A stretch of DNA of 51,642 nucleotides, the filler included, from Sphacelaria rigidula (lineage: Eukaryota), in assembly GCA_964200075.2 (NCBI GenBank). It is 2 parts of 2 records of this genome, joined end to end, with 100 filler letters (N's around TTAATTAATTAA, not from the genome) between each part and the next. Parts side by side here need not be neighbours in the genome. Positions count along the whole stretch, not along the records: positions 1 to 25,800 come from CAXNAA020000155.1; 1 more part is not named here. One strand, given 5' to 3'. The position numbers were made by a program, and so were the translations under genes. Below are positions 1 through 11,816 of this stretch, piece after piece (positions within the stretch are counted from its first letter, which is position 1; each line of letters starts with the position of its first letter). The notes below the pieces were generated by a model. The model saw nothing but the letters and a program-made list of their open reading frames with translations. It did not search any database and had not been told where the DNA came from.

Positions 1-9
1 CGTTTTCTC

Positions 10-100
10 CTGATTTTTGTTTTGGTGAATCGGCATCATTTTCAGTCATTTTCAACTCAAAATGATGCCGATTCACAAAGTTTCACAAAACAAGAATCAG
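10..100. repeat. Inverted repeat/hairpin
   Basis: gtgaatcggcatcatttt (25-42) is the exact reverse complement of 59-76. Outer arms ctgatttttgttttg (10-24) and caaaacaagaatcag (86-100) also pair. Confidence 0.85.
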
Positions 101-1182
101 CACTTGCGTCCCCATCATATTTCCAATACCCACACGAAAGCTGGAATTTCGAAGCGTTGTGCACCCGGGAAATATCACATGCCCTCACCTGTGCGGGGGT
201 CGTGTGCATGTCGGACCCTGCGCTGTGAGGTGATGCGCCCGTCTGTCTCGAGAAGAACTTCCCGGTCGGCACTGGGGGCTGTTGTTGCCTTCATAGCCCC
301 CCTCTGAGAGAAGATCATCCTCATCCCCGTCGTTACTGTGTGCGGGTGACTCGGATCCCCCTGACACGGGCTGCTTGCGGCGTGGTGCCCTGCTCCCCCT
401 TTGCAATATCGTACGGAGCGGTCCTCCACTTGTCGAGCGGGTAGCATTCACGCTTGAGGGCATTGATTGCGAGCGTGAGGATCGCCCTCGCGTTCTGGAG
501 TGCATATCCGCTATTTATCACGGTTAGATGAAGTAGGACATAGCTATACCGCGTTTATATGTGATCGTTTTAGGCCGCGAGGATGGACGTTGGATGCATT
601 TTTGGGAACATTTCCCCGGCAACGAACGCGTCCGGCGCGATTTTTAGTGCTCGGAAAGTGAAGTGATGCAGCTGGCATGTGGTTATCATCCTCCATGACA
701 TCAATGCTGTCGCGGATAATATCTTAGACTTATGCTGTGAACCTGAATTGACAAAATCGTCTGCTTCGACGATAGGCGATATATAATTACCTATTGCCCG
801 CGGGTTCTCGCTTCAGTACTATGTTAGGTGGGTCGCCCAGTGCAAATCAGTGCTGTGTTTCGTAGGTGCACACGTGGAAAATGACAACAGATTGTAAACA
901 TTGACCATCCAACAGGGGTCTTCGATCGTTCGGCAGGTGTATCCTTTGCTTCTTGCCACGCTGTAGCCGGTGCGATTGTTCCAGACTGTGGTGTGAGGAT
1001 ACTTCCTCGTACATTTTTCTGTCCTGTGTGACCTTCCTTTGTATTTCACCGTCGACAACTTATATTAACCGACCTTCGCGAAGTTTGGGCGGGGGGGGGT
1101 GTTGAATTCCGTGACACGGTATCCAGCAGATGGGTGCGAACGGGACGCTGGGACTCATGCTCTGGGATATCGGGGCGGCAGG

Positions 1183-1509
1183 ATGGACGCCCTTCCTTTT
1201 AGCTGTCGCGGGTGCCACGAAGGGTTCAGCAGTAAAGTAGAATTGCGTTCGCATGAGCGTATGAATACCGGTAGAGGGGGTTGTCTGGCCGAGCAGCCAG
1301 GTCATATCGCTCTCACGGCGGATACCCCACCAGTTCAGCGGAATCTGCGTGCGTTACGTGAGCTGGAAAGCGGACGCCGTCAGTCGGAGGCAACGACTGG
1401 AGGCCAGCGTCGAAATTCACGAGCAGACGAGTTGGTTCGGGTGCCGCGTATCCACCAGGCAGGTCCTAGTGGAGCTGATCCGCCCTCAGAGAAGGACGAC
1501 CCGCACCAG
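1183..1509 (+). CDS. Transposase exon 1 (zinc-finger N-terminus)
   Basis: ATG at 1183, MDALPFSCRGCHEGFSSKVELRSHER (F-x-C-x2-C-x3-F-x5-L-x2-H). Ends CAG|GTGACA at 1510, phase 0. The link to exon 2 crosses a 5.85-kb intron and rests on phase and domain order. Confidence 0.6.
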
Positions 1510-1685
1510 GTGACATGCAGCACACTGAGTATACCACCCCCCACCCCTCTTCTCCATTGCTGTATCGGTAAACGGAAGTACTGCACCCTTCGTGGTAGTG
1601 AGCGCGCGGAGAGGTCGATAAATGCTACACAGCGCGTGCGATGTCAATGAACGTACACGTTTAGAGCATGTTTGAATTTCGTTTA

Positions 1686-1776
1686 TTTTTCGTTACGTCC
1701 ATCATGAGACGACGGCTGGACCCCTGGGGGGTCAGTTAAAGTACGACAATCAATCAATCAATCAATCACTCAATCA
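1686..1776 (+). mobile_element. 3' end of a non-LTR retroposon with (CAAT)n tail
   Basis: Short unique body ending ...gtcagttaaagtacga, followed by a (CAAT)n tail at 1747-1776, inside transposase intron 1. The class is inferred from the microsatellite tail. Confidence 0.45.
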
Positions 1777-3199
1777 GCACACATCTAGCAGTGCAGGTCG
1801 ACACGGCACAGTATAGTACCCGCCGCATGTCTCTGAGAATACCGTACGATCTCCGTATTACAGTACCGCGTATGCTGTCTGTTTGAGCGTGCAGTGGAAC
1901 TGTCTTGTTGCGGTGCAGTATCCCACGATCACTTGTCTCTTGCGCTCAGCTTCGACGGCAGCGTACTAATTTCTTCCTTGCCATATACGTTTGACCGTTG
2001 ACACACCAATTCAAGACGGAGCAGCATACTTACTCCCAGTAGAGACACCTTCACCATTCCAGTGCTCATGAAGTTTCTTCCATACACTACACATCAATCT
2101 TTGGCATATATTCTCCCAGTCATTTTCGCCGTCTTGGCCACTATCCATCTCCTAGTGTGTCCATCGTTTTGTCCCAACCGTGTAAGGCGTGAAATAATGT
2201 CATGCCGCCGTTGTTCACGCCCCGCTTCCTCCCTTCAGCAGGTGCCGTGCCTCCCTCTACACTTCACACTCGCCACTACACGAATTATGAATCCTTTCGC
2301 TTTGCGACAGGGGAAAATCTGTGTCTCTACTTCCTCCTCCCCTCTGCTGCTGGGATATCTCTTCTTCCTGGCGGGTCCAGGTCTGTCACCCGAAATTTCA
2401 GTTTCAATTATTCCCCCCCGTCCATTTCGCCATGCCGATATTTTCTTAGCCCGACCCCCTCTCTCAATCCCCGTATATCCTCACGTTCTGCTCCTCGCCC
2501 ACTTCGCGCCTAAAAGACGGGGGTTTACAAATTGGGGATGGATTTCCTGGGGGGGGATCTGCGGCGGGGGGATGATAATCTTTGTGTCCACACGAAATGT
2601 TCTACACATGGTTCCATTCCTTCATCTATTGGTAGCTACTACAGGTGGCGGCAGCACCTAAGAAATGTCCAGTTAAGGAATCGAGGCTCAAAATTTTCAG
2701 ACATTAAGAAATTGATACTAAGAAATTTTGCTCAGATCGGAGCGAATATAAGGATAAGAAATTGAAACATGCAGGAGGCTCGGCGGATAAGAAATCTATC
2801 ATCGACGCTGCGACCTTGGGAAATAAGAAACTGGTCCCAGACCCATCAGCCCCTCGACGCAAGGATGCCCCCCCCCCCCTCTCTACCCCCTCCTCACGAC
2901 AATACGGTACAATAGTCAGTATGTATTCGTGTACAGTACAGTACAGAACTACAGGGATTGTACAATAATGCATACGCTACAGTGTACATTATCGGAAGAT
3001 GACCACTGTCGGCGCACAAGAAGGTGCTCGCTGGTTGAGCGACCATTCGGACAATGTGTCTGCTGATACGCACCTATCTGCGGTAATGCATACCTCTGCA
3101 CCTCTGTATTACACCCCAATGCCCAGAGTGATCGCCTGCAGAGCTTCAAGCTTGATTGGCTGCAGCACAGAGTACAATCGTGTTGTTATCCGTGAAATA

Positions 3200-4218
3200 A
3201 CAGCTGATCATTGAAATTGAGGATGGAGATGGTCATTGAGGATAAGAACCCGGAGAATTTAAATCTTCGTATCCCACGAGATCTTCGAAGTATGATTCCA
3301 TTCCTTCACCTGTTCTACTGGTAGCGATTGATAACTACCGTACGCCTAGGCTTTTGCTTCTTATGCGCATTCCTTCTTTTTTTTTATGCGCGTTTTCCCA
3401 TTTTTTTTCGTGTTCAAAAGCGAACATTATGCGCGGATTTGTGCGCATTTTGGTGAAATATGCGCGACTTATGCGCCTTTTTCGCGTCGTTCTTGAGGCG
3501 GTTCCTGGCGGCACCGCTCATGGAACGTACCTTCCAGCTAGAAAACAAGACGGCACGTCGAAAATTTCGAGATTTCATTTATTATTTTTTTAATCAGTTT
3601 GGCATTAACATAAAGTAGCTCACATACAGCCCGCAACAATGTTCAACAAAAGAAATTACGAACACAAACGCCAAGACTTACGAACCACGCCATATGGAGC
3701 ACCCGTGGGCAGCTACCACCTGCTGGAAATGGGGTGCGTAATCCCGTTGGAGTACTACATGCGCCAAGTTATGCGTAAAACTTAGCTGTTATGCCTTTGT
3801 TACGCTGAAATCTCCGAAAACATTTGTTTTCCATTTTGCGCATATGCTTATGCGCAAAACCCCGTTTCATGCGAAATTATATGCGCGCATAAGAAGCAAA
3901 AGCCTACATACGCCATGCAAATTTGGATTTCGATTACCGAAATGTTGGGGTCCCAGGTGAAAAGTCGATTCCGGGGAATTTCGGTGATCCCATCGGATCA
4001 CCTACATTCCCCAAAATTGTTTCTTTACCTGTTATAGGACCCCAACATTTCGGTAATCGAAATCCAAAATTGTATGGCGTGTAGTAGTTGTCAATAGCCA
4101 CCAGTAGGTTGAGGAATGGAACCATATTGCGAAGATTTGGTGTGGATACGAAGATTCAAATTATCCGGGTTATTATCCTCAACGAAAAGCTCCATCCTCA
4201 ATTACCATGATTGGCTGT
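3200..4218. mobile_element. Foldback non-autonomous element, family B (core related to family A)
   Basis: Arms 3200-3346 plus 3915-3950 pair with 4037-4218 (e.g. ttcgattaccgaaatgttggggtcc / ggaccccaacatttcggtaatcgaa). Termini ta|acagc...gctgt|tg. Another right end of this family lies at 25901-25966 and ends gctgt|ta. Confidence 0.75.
3347..3906. mobile_element. hAT-type MITE
   Basis: 22-bp perfect TIR taggcttttgcttcttatgcgc. 8-bp target duplication cgtacgcc (3339-3346)/catacgcc (3907-3914). Subterminal TTATGCGC repeats. Confidence 0.85.
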
Positions 4219-4314
4219 TGAATGTATACGTACTAGTGTACTCTAGGGTACAGTGAATAGAACGAGCTGTGACTGCATGTTTTTTCATTGTTATCTGCCT
4301 CCCATATAATAACG

Positions 4315-4576
4315 GAATGATGCTACGGTAGAGGTGCACAAATATTATCTGAGGTTTGAATTGTTAGGAGCCCTGTTTCTCCTCCAAAACACCACTCACG
4401 AAATGCATGAGGGTACGCCAGGATTACTATTTCAATGTCCTACTGTAGAGATGTCCCGAATGAATTTGCAAACGAGGATGCCCTGACCCATACTCTCGTG
4501 CAATCTAGAATCGTTAGGAGCCCCTGAACCAGACAAGATTTCGAGCAAAAAGTGCACCCCTACCGTAGCATTGCTC
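4315..4576 (+). mobile_element. About 260-bp MITE family D (GAG...CTC termini, 4-bp TSD; Sola2-like), copy 1
   Basis: TIR core atgctacggtaggggtgcac. Flanks aacg/accg. Four more copies in the window. Confidence 0.8.
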
Positions 4577-5141
4577 ACCGGTATGTACTATATCATATAT
4601 ACATGATACAGTATGACACTTTTATTGCGATTCACCCCGATGTGATCGCCCTTATTTATATGTATTGCACAGCAAAGGAGTACACTACATCTGTGCTGCT
4701 CAATAATTTTTTTTTGCTGTGTACTGCGAGGCCCCTGAAGATAATCTGTCCAAGCAACACTGTAAAAAAACGAGATGTCTTCCTATATTGTACTGTGCCC
4801 CCCGATGAAGGATGTCGTTATGTCATGCAGTGCTTGTCCTGATACACCTGGCATGATTGTACGTATGGCTGTCCCTCGAGAGGTCGAAAGATGGGACCTT
4901 GCGGTTCTTAGTTCTTTGGTTGGTGGTATTTGGGGTCTTGAGTCTCGCCCGTAGTCGGACCCTATGTTCATTTCTACTTGGCCTCGCGCGTCGAGTTGGA
5001 AAGCCGTGTGCCGGCCTGAAGTCCGATATGGCCACCTGCGGCACCGGATCTTCTGAGGTTAGCCATATGTATTCTGAATTATTTATCCCTCTTTTGCTTG
5101 TATCGCGTTTTGTGAATTTTAAGTTGGGTCTACCGTTTTGC

Positions 5142-5253
5142 TAGCCTGTGACCACGGAAGGCGCCCGCATCAGATGCCCAGTACGAACGAACCGCGCAGA
5201 TTCGGAACGGTTTTTCAATATAAACACAACCACAACCACAACAACAACAACAA
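5142..5253 (+). mobile_element. Short retroposon 3' end with (CAA)n tail, copy 1
   Basis: tagcctgtgaccacgg...agatgcccagtac...gcgcagat...(caa)n. Reverse-oriented homologs at 27320-27412 and 47405-47547. Confidence 0.6.
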
Positions 5254-7362
5254 CTGTAGTACTACATCCGTTCGAAAAAAAAACTTTTGCTTTCAAGAAT
5301 TCCATCATTTTGTACGCGCCCGTGAAGAAAAAGAAATTGGCCTTTAAGAAATTCATCATTGCGCGTGTGCGGAAAGTAAGAAATTGGTTTAAAGAAATTA
5401 TGCTTGGCTCGGCGATAAGAATAAGATTTGAGCCTCGCCTCAAATTAGAGTTTCTTAACTAGTGACGCCACCTGTATATGGACAAGTACTGCACGCCATA
5501 AAACTCCGTATTCCGAGAACCGAAACGTAGGGGTCACAAGGGGAAAAAAAAAATTCGGCGTCCTCTTCGTTCGCCGAACTACCCCGGGTTTGGTTTTAAT
5601 CCCCGGGCGCCAACGTTTCGGTTTCCGAAATCTAAATTTGTGCCACGTGTAGTATCCGTCGCAAGCTACCAATAGGTTAAGGAGTGAAACCATGTTTCCA
5701 AGATTTCGGGTGGACATGAACATTGTAATTCTCTTGGCGCAGGTCCCCAATAAAAACCCTACCCCGCCTCGTTGAATTCCGTGATCTCAGCGCTTCCTCT
5801 CCCCTGCTTTCTATCGTGTCCGTTACTATTGTCTTGTGCCCCGCACTATCACCTACGAATAGTACTTCGTCTTTGTTTCCTCCTATTCCCCTCCATTTTC
5901 CCCCAATTCATGTATCCCACATTCGTCCGCCCGGCCCTGTCATGACTTTCTTCCACGCCAACCTATCAAGTACTGATGGCAACCTCTGCCCCTGCATGTT
6001 TTCAACGCTATGCTGACATCTCAACTCTGTCATGTCCCCGTTTTTTTTAATCCTTCTGGAAACCTCCCCTTCTGTCCCTGGGCTAGACGCCTCGTAGTGT
6101 AGGGCCGTGACGAGGAAGAAAAGATAGAGATAGAAAATGCCGCGGGCAACCATTGCACCATGGAACACGAGGTAAGAATATACAGATCAAATTAAATTGA
6201 ATAAATAAGTAATTGATCATTGGTTGGACTGGTCGGATTGGGGATGGATTCGGTTTTGTTTTTAAGAAGGAAAGAGGACAACAAAAAACTATTATTTAGG
6301 TAATAATTGCTTGGATGGGTTGGATGGGTTGCGGATGGTTGGGTTGTTCGATTGATTTCGAGATTTTTGGGAGAAGGAACGACGATATAGCAACACCCAC
6401 GGCAGGAGCAGGCAGAATGCTCCAGCTGGAGACGTCGGGGGAGGGTTGTCCAATCACACTACGCGACTGATGAAGAGTGTGCAATTGTATCCATCGACAG
6501 TAATCAACAAAAGCCAGATGAAACATGCTACTTAATACATAGCTACGGGTTCCCTAGTGTAATATGGCACATCGATACGTCAGGACTTTGGTGTACGAGG
6601 GAAGCACCCCTTGATGGGCTGCACCATCAGATGGCGAGTTTGTCAAGCCACATCATACATACCTGGCTGCGTGGTTGAGCACCTAGGGTTCACGTCACTA
6701 CATGTTGAAGGGTAGGGCGGCGACCCAAGCGCGATCCACCCTCAGCTTCTCGAGGGGGCGGGGAATATAGGTCCGGCTGCCGCTAGGCGTTTCGCGGGCG
6801 AATACTTCATGAAGTCTCGCATCATGCACTCATCATTAGTGCCACGCTGGAAAATCATTCCAGTGCGGCTACTTTGTTTGGGAATGCCGCGTACTGCACC
6901 AGTACCACTGACTGTATAGAGTAGATGTACTTCACCATACGCAATGTACTGTACTGTTGTGGAGTTCTGCATTACGCTATCTCTACTACAGTGTCTACAG
7001 CCCACGCAGCACAGCACTTCAGCACTGCAGCACAACAGTACTACAGCGACTTCTACTGCGCCCCATAGAAACAACAGAAGAGGGACCCTACCTTTTTGCT
7101 CACATTCACCCTCACCGATGTACATTGGGCGAATATTTTCGCACCCCACCTGTAAACAATTAATCATATCCTGCTCGACAAACATCAAAAGCAAGTCGTA
7201 GAAATCCCGATGTGCGTTCCGAAGTGGTTCCGATAGTTTATTCCCAAAGCTTAGGGTTAGCTCTATTACTCGTCATTTTCGAGCACCCAGGCATCTTCCT
7301 TGCTTCCGCCATATGCACTGTTTCCGACGTATCCATCGAGTTCGCGTTCCTTTCCTATGCAG

Positions 7363-8854
7363 GCGGAATGTGTCACCGGACACGAAGCCGGCGCTCTCAG
7401 GATGAAGACGACATGACACACAGAGGACAACCACTCGGAATGCTGGAGTAGCACGGGATCGGAAGAATGGACCCATGATAGTGATGACGATCGAAGTGAT
7501 GCGGGCGAAGATGTTGCTCTCGCCGGGGGGGATAGCGGCGCCACTGAGGGCGGCCGCAACATGGACGGGGTGCAGTAGGATGGTGAGGTGCACTCCGGCG
7601 TCGCGCAGACCCCGGTGTTTTCACCGGACAGTGATCCCGGAGGTGGGCACGCTTCGGTCCCATCTCTTGAAGACCTGCACATCCTATTCGGGGGACACAC
7701 AACGGAAGGGGGAGATGGTAACGTCAAATATCGGGAGAGAGCACGCCGCTCGCCGTATTATCCGTTCAGGAATCTCACTGAGCTCATGCCCTTTGTGTTC
7801 ATATTCAAGCACCAGCTGTCGAGAGCGGCTGTTACAGACCTCTTTCGACTGCTCCGTTGCGTGGACGGCGAGGAAGGAGACGAGGCGGGCTAGGGACGCG
7901 CATTCGATGCGCGGGATGTGCCGGATAATGCACACAATTTCATTCATAGGTTGAGGAAATACCCACCTCTCCTTCCCGTGATAAGAAGGGAGGTGCCCAC
8001 GACAACAGACGGGGTGACCGCTGACGTCTATGACATACCCTTGAACCTTCAGTACGCGCGATTCCTCAAGTCCAGGCGTTTGATGGAGGAGATCGATGCA
8101 AACCCCGGGGGTCATCTTTGCAGAGAGATGGAGGCCTCAGATAACGGTCTGGGAAGTGATCACGTTATGGCCGGTCCGACGGAACCGGTTCACGGCAGAA
8201 GACGTTCCATGATGCACGGAGGGCTGGCTCGTGGGTCACCATTCCTGGGTTATGACGGTGTCATTTGCCGCAAGCCACGAAGAGTGTACATCGGAGAGAT
8301 ATTGATCTGTACAGTCCCAACGGCGCGTGGTGACGACGAGGAGGAACGGCCCTGTCGGATAGTCAGCATATTCTGGGATGACTCCTCGCGGGTCCTTCGC
8401 GTGCAGCTGAGGCGCTTCCACTACGCCCCGGAGGTAGGTATTCGGTCGAACGTCACAGGAGAAAGCGGTTTGTGGGGGTATCAGAAAGGTTTGGGAGGCG
8501 CAGGGAGCTGAGGCCCTGTTCGATGTCGAACCATCCGCTTTGGTGGATCTGTGTGAGATGCTGACCATGACCGAGCGAAAGACGTGGACGACGCAGAAGC
8601 CCTGGGCGATGGGAGTCCGGCCTTCGTCGGAACGGACGTTGTGCTATGAGGGATTCGTCCGACAGACGCGTCAGCGACATAGGTCGGGCGGCCGATTCGA
8701 GGTTAGTGGCGAATGGCGTCGAACGGGGGATGCAGGAGAATACTTCCCGGACATGAGAGCCCCTGGCGTCCACCACAACACGAGTAACCTTCCCTTCTGT
8801 GGTATAGGCGCTGTACTGCATATCGACGCCTTCAATGTGCACGGGATGACGCAG
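7363..8854 (+). pseudogene. Transposase exon 2 (acidic linker, YYPF region, first catalytic Asp)
   Basis: Pyrimidine-rich acceptor ttcctttcctatgcAG at 7362. Reads ...SPYYPFRNLTEL...VYDIPLNL...AVLHIDAFNVHGMTQ|GT at 8855. Contains three in-frame stops and one frameshift. Confidence 0.8.
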
Positions 8855-8927
8855 GTGGGAGTATGGTTGCGAATGCGGGTCGAGTACAGGTCTTTCTTTT
8901 CACTACTCGGGCAAAATACAATATGTT

Positions 8928-9215
8928 AAAGGTTGGAGTAGACCGAGTACGGCCTCAAAACTTTGACTCAAAGACTGATCAGATTGAGAAGGGTCTCGCA
9001 TAGTGGGCTCAATTCTTGAGCATTCTGAGCACGGCGTAAAGTCCTCTACTCGATTTCGAGCTGTTCGGGTACGAACTTGAACACTCAGATCTAATGTGTG
9101 CCGTGGGTGTAACCTCAAATACTCGACTCAAAAGTTTGGTTGGGTTGAGCATGACCCCAAGTAAGCAGGCCGAATTTGGGGTAGGTAGAGCCCGATCTCA
9201 AATTCTCTGCTCGCC
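8928..9215 (-). repeat. Highly degenerate copy of the GAGGTCATAC internally repetitive element
   Basis: Starts aaaggttggagtaga (compare TIR at 20396). Contains reverse units such as gtaacctcaaatactc and catgaccccaagta. Confidence 0.45.
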
Positions 9216-9688
9216 CCGCACCCGTAAGCTGGTGCACCTCCGACGCCGCATGCCTGCTCACCCTGATGAACACCGAGCGAGCGTGACGTCGATGTTTTTT
9301 TTTCCAGGGTGCAGCCGCCAGGTATTGAAGTTGAGCGCTACACCTTGCAAAACGATGCGCACGGGCACGAACAACAAGTTGAGGTCGCACAAACATATGC
9401 ACCTCCACGCTACGAGGAAGATGTGCGACAGACATGGGTAGCCGAAATGAAGCACCAGGGCTGGGTGCGGATTCATCTCTCGCCGAAACGATATGCAACG
9501 CATGTTGCGAAGCGAAGATGTGGACGCAGCCGTGTCTAGGTCAGCGCCGCATCTGCTCATGTTGTGACATGTTTTCCTTGGATAATGCGCGATAACGCGG
9601 CGGAAACTCACGCCCTCTGCCGGAACCGTGACCCCTCACGGCGCACATTGACGTCGTACTACCGCTCAACCCCATGCTAACGTAACAG

Positions 9689-9901
9689 CTATCCGAGGAC
9701 GGGACATATGCCACCGTCGCAACCACTACCCGAAACCTTCAGCGATCGCAGAGACACCCTCACGTAACTACTGTGGCGGAGGCAGGAGCAACGGTGGAAG
9801 GGGAACTGTCCATGGTTGCCGGCGTCATAGGTGCAATGGAGAATGGCTGTATCGCTGAATGTTGGGTTCGAAACGCCGTAGGCGTCCGGGTTCTCATCAA
9901 G
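9689..9901 (+). CDS. Transposase exon 3
   Basis: aacAG|LSEDGTYATVATTTRNLQRSQRHPHVTTVAEAGATVEGELSMVAGVIGAMENGCIAECWVRNAVGVRVLIK|GCAAGT (GC donor). Open, 71 codons. Confidence 0.75.
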
Positions 9902-9915
9902 GCAAGTATTGCATA

Positions 9916-10818
9916 TAGTAGTCACCGCCAGAAGTCTGCAGAATGCGTAGTTGTTGCAATTTTTTACTTTTTTCTCGAGTGATATTCTTTGGAAGTACTT
10001 GAACGCGCTAACGTCGGGAGATGGAGGGGGAAAGTGTATGCTGAATTCAAACCACAGTGCCCAAGTTCATGTTTTTGGGGCCATATGGACTTGATACCCC
10101 GTTTTCCAGGAGAATGTTCTTGACCGTTCTGGTCGGAAAACAACAGTCCCCCGGCTCTTTCGTTACGACACGGTATTTCATCATCTGAACGAAAATGTAT
10201 CAATTCTTCGAGGATTAAGATCAAGTTAGTCTTTTCCTCCTACACCCTAGGGACCTGAATGGAGCATTTCCCGTCTGTGGCATTTTTTCGGGATTTTTCG
10301 CCATAATTTCTCCATAAGTACTCGAAACCGCGAGGGTCGCTTCTTTTGGCAATAGAAGCAGATCGTACTCAAATCACGATGCCCAAATGGGTGTCGTGGG
10401 GGCGATACAGGGAGTTAAGACCCCGATTATCAGGACGGCGTTATCGACCGTGAGTTGTCCAAGAAACATAGCTTTCCGTGTCTCGCGCAGTGAAAAGTGG
10501 AATTTCGAAAAAACTAATCCTTTTTGGGGATTCATTTCTGTGATCGGGATGAAGTAGGTCAACCGAAAATTCCGAAGATGCAGAACCTGGGGTAGCACAT
10601 TCGCAGGACCCCCGAAGATCGATCAAGCCCGTATGTCATTCAACGTAAATCGCATTTTTCTTCTTCGGGTAATTGTGAAAAGGACTGTCATATATCAAGA
10701 TGCCCATTTTTGGCATCCAGCCTTCACTATGATGAGAGGTGGCAAGCGAACGAACTTCGGAAAGTCTCCAATGAACCACGAGACCACGGAATTTGAAAAC
10801 TTGTGGCGGTGACTTCTG
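9916..10818. mobile_element. TIR element of about 900 bp in transposase intron 3
   Basis: agtagtcaccgccagaagt near 9917 vs acttgtggcggtgacttct at 10799-10817 (inverted, 17/19 match). No coding capacity seen and TSD unclear. Confidence 0.55.
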
Positions 10819-11052
10819 GTGTACTACTGATTCGCCAACCTGACATAGTCGGGTCGCAGCGTCTGCTGTAGATTGAAGCCTTTTGGTCACGAGACGCGAG
10901 AGACACGTCTACGGAAGCGGCACCGGTTCACTTAGCGTTCGTGCTTACGCAATGACACAGACTCCCGTCTGGAATGAGACTCCCGTCTGGGATGAGGCCC
11001 ATCTCACACCCACTCTACCCCGCCCTGGACGACTCCGCTCCGACAAAATCAG

Positions 11053-11430
11053 GTTTTATTCCGTGGAGGCCTCTTCGTGATCATTGCAGATAGTCCGCAA
11101 AGAGCAGTTCTGACGAACGCGAAGCATCTGAATGGGTCTACGCTGTACCCCTGCCCGTACTGCCGGGTCAAGCAGACGGGAGAACACGACTGCCCATTGG
11201 GCCGGCATGTTATTGACATTACAAGCACAAATCGCTGTCGACAGGAATACGAAGAGGCATTCGCCCGCCTTGAGAAGCTGCCACCGGGATCGACAGCAAG
11301 AGTGGACTTGTCGAAGGAACTCGGGGTTGTGCCCAGGCGGGAGGGTCTGCCGCACCCGATGTACGACCTAGTGCGAGGGGGCGAGATACTGAGGCGAATA
11401 CCACCGGAAGCATTGCACGCTGACGCCCTG
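11053..11430 (+). CDS. Transposase exon 4 (second catalytic Asp, CxxC, ExLH)
   Basis: tcAG|VLFRGGLFVIIADSPQRAVLTNAKHLNGSTLYPCPYC...IPPEALHADAL|GTGAGA. Open frame. Confidence 0.85.
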
Positions 11431-11585
11431 GTGAGAGTCACATCACGGCCGCCTGGATCATCCATGTCTATTGGGCCATGACCCCACCATATGCGCAGTC
11501 CGAAACCGACCTCCAACATTTCACCCGCACGTCACCTTCTCGCCCCATGCTTGCTGTCCCTCCCGGCCGCCGATGGTGACGACAG

Positions 11586-11816
11586 AATCACCTAGGTTTG
11601 GTCCAGCCGTGGCCGCTATCGCTGTTGAACGAACGTGGACGAGAATGGGTAAGCAGTTTCATCCGTCAGCGCAGTGGGGGACTGTACGCGGCCGGCGCGG
11701 TGCCTGTGAAGGATCTTGTCAGGAACTACGCATCTTATACAGCATCGCACAAGTGGGAGCTGGCGTCGACAATGCTACTGGTCTTCCGCGAGCCCCTGAG
11801 GGACGTCGAAAACATG
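11586..11816 (+). CDS. Transposase exon 5
   Basis: acAG|NHLGLVQPWPLSLL...YASYTASHKWELASTMLLVFREPLRDVENM|GTGAGA. Phase 0 on both sides. Confidence 0.7.

Larger units (their letters stand above)
2642..5474. mobile_element. Tc1/mariner-type non-autonomous element (CAGGTGGCG termini, TA target duplication)
   Basis: TA|caggtggcggca ... tgacgccacctg|TA. Many subterminal TAAGAAAT repeats at 2659-2830 and 5330-5425. It splits family-A sequence. Confidence 0.75.
2513..5772. mobile_element. Foldback (palindromic) non-autonomous DNA element, family A, interrupted by nested insertions
   Basis: Left arm 2513-2640 plus 5477-5550 is the diverged reverse complement of 5610-5772 (e.g. catggttccattccttcatctattggtagct vs agctaccaataggttaaggagtgaaaccatg). 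Flanks are TA/TG. Confidence 0.7.

Noticed and set aside
10960-10997. 18-bp tandem duplication (TPVWNE/TPVWDE) as coding sequence
   Set aside because: It lies in intron 3 upstream of the exon 4 acceptor; a trivial local duplication.
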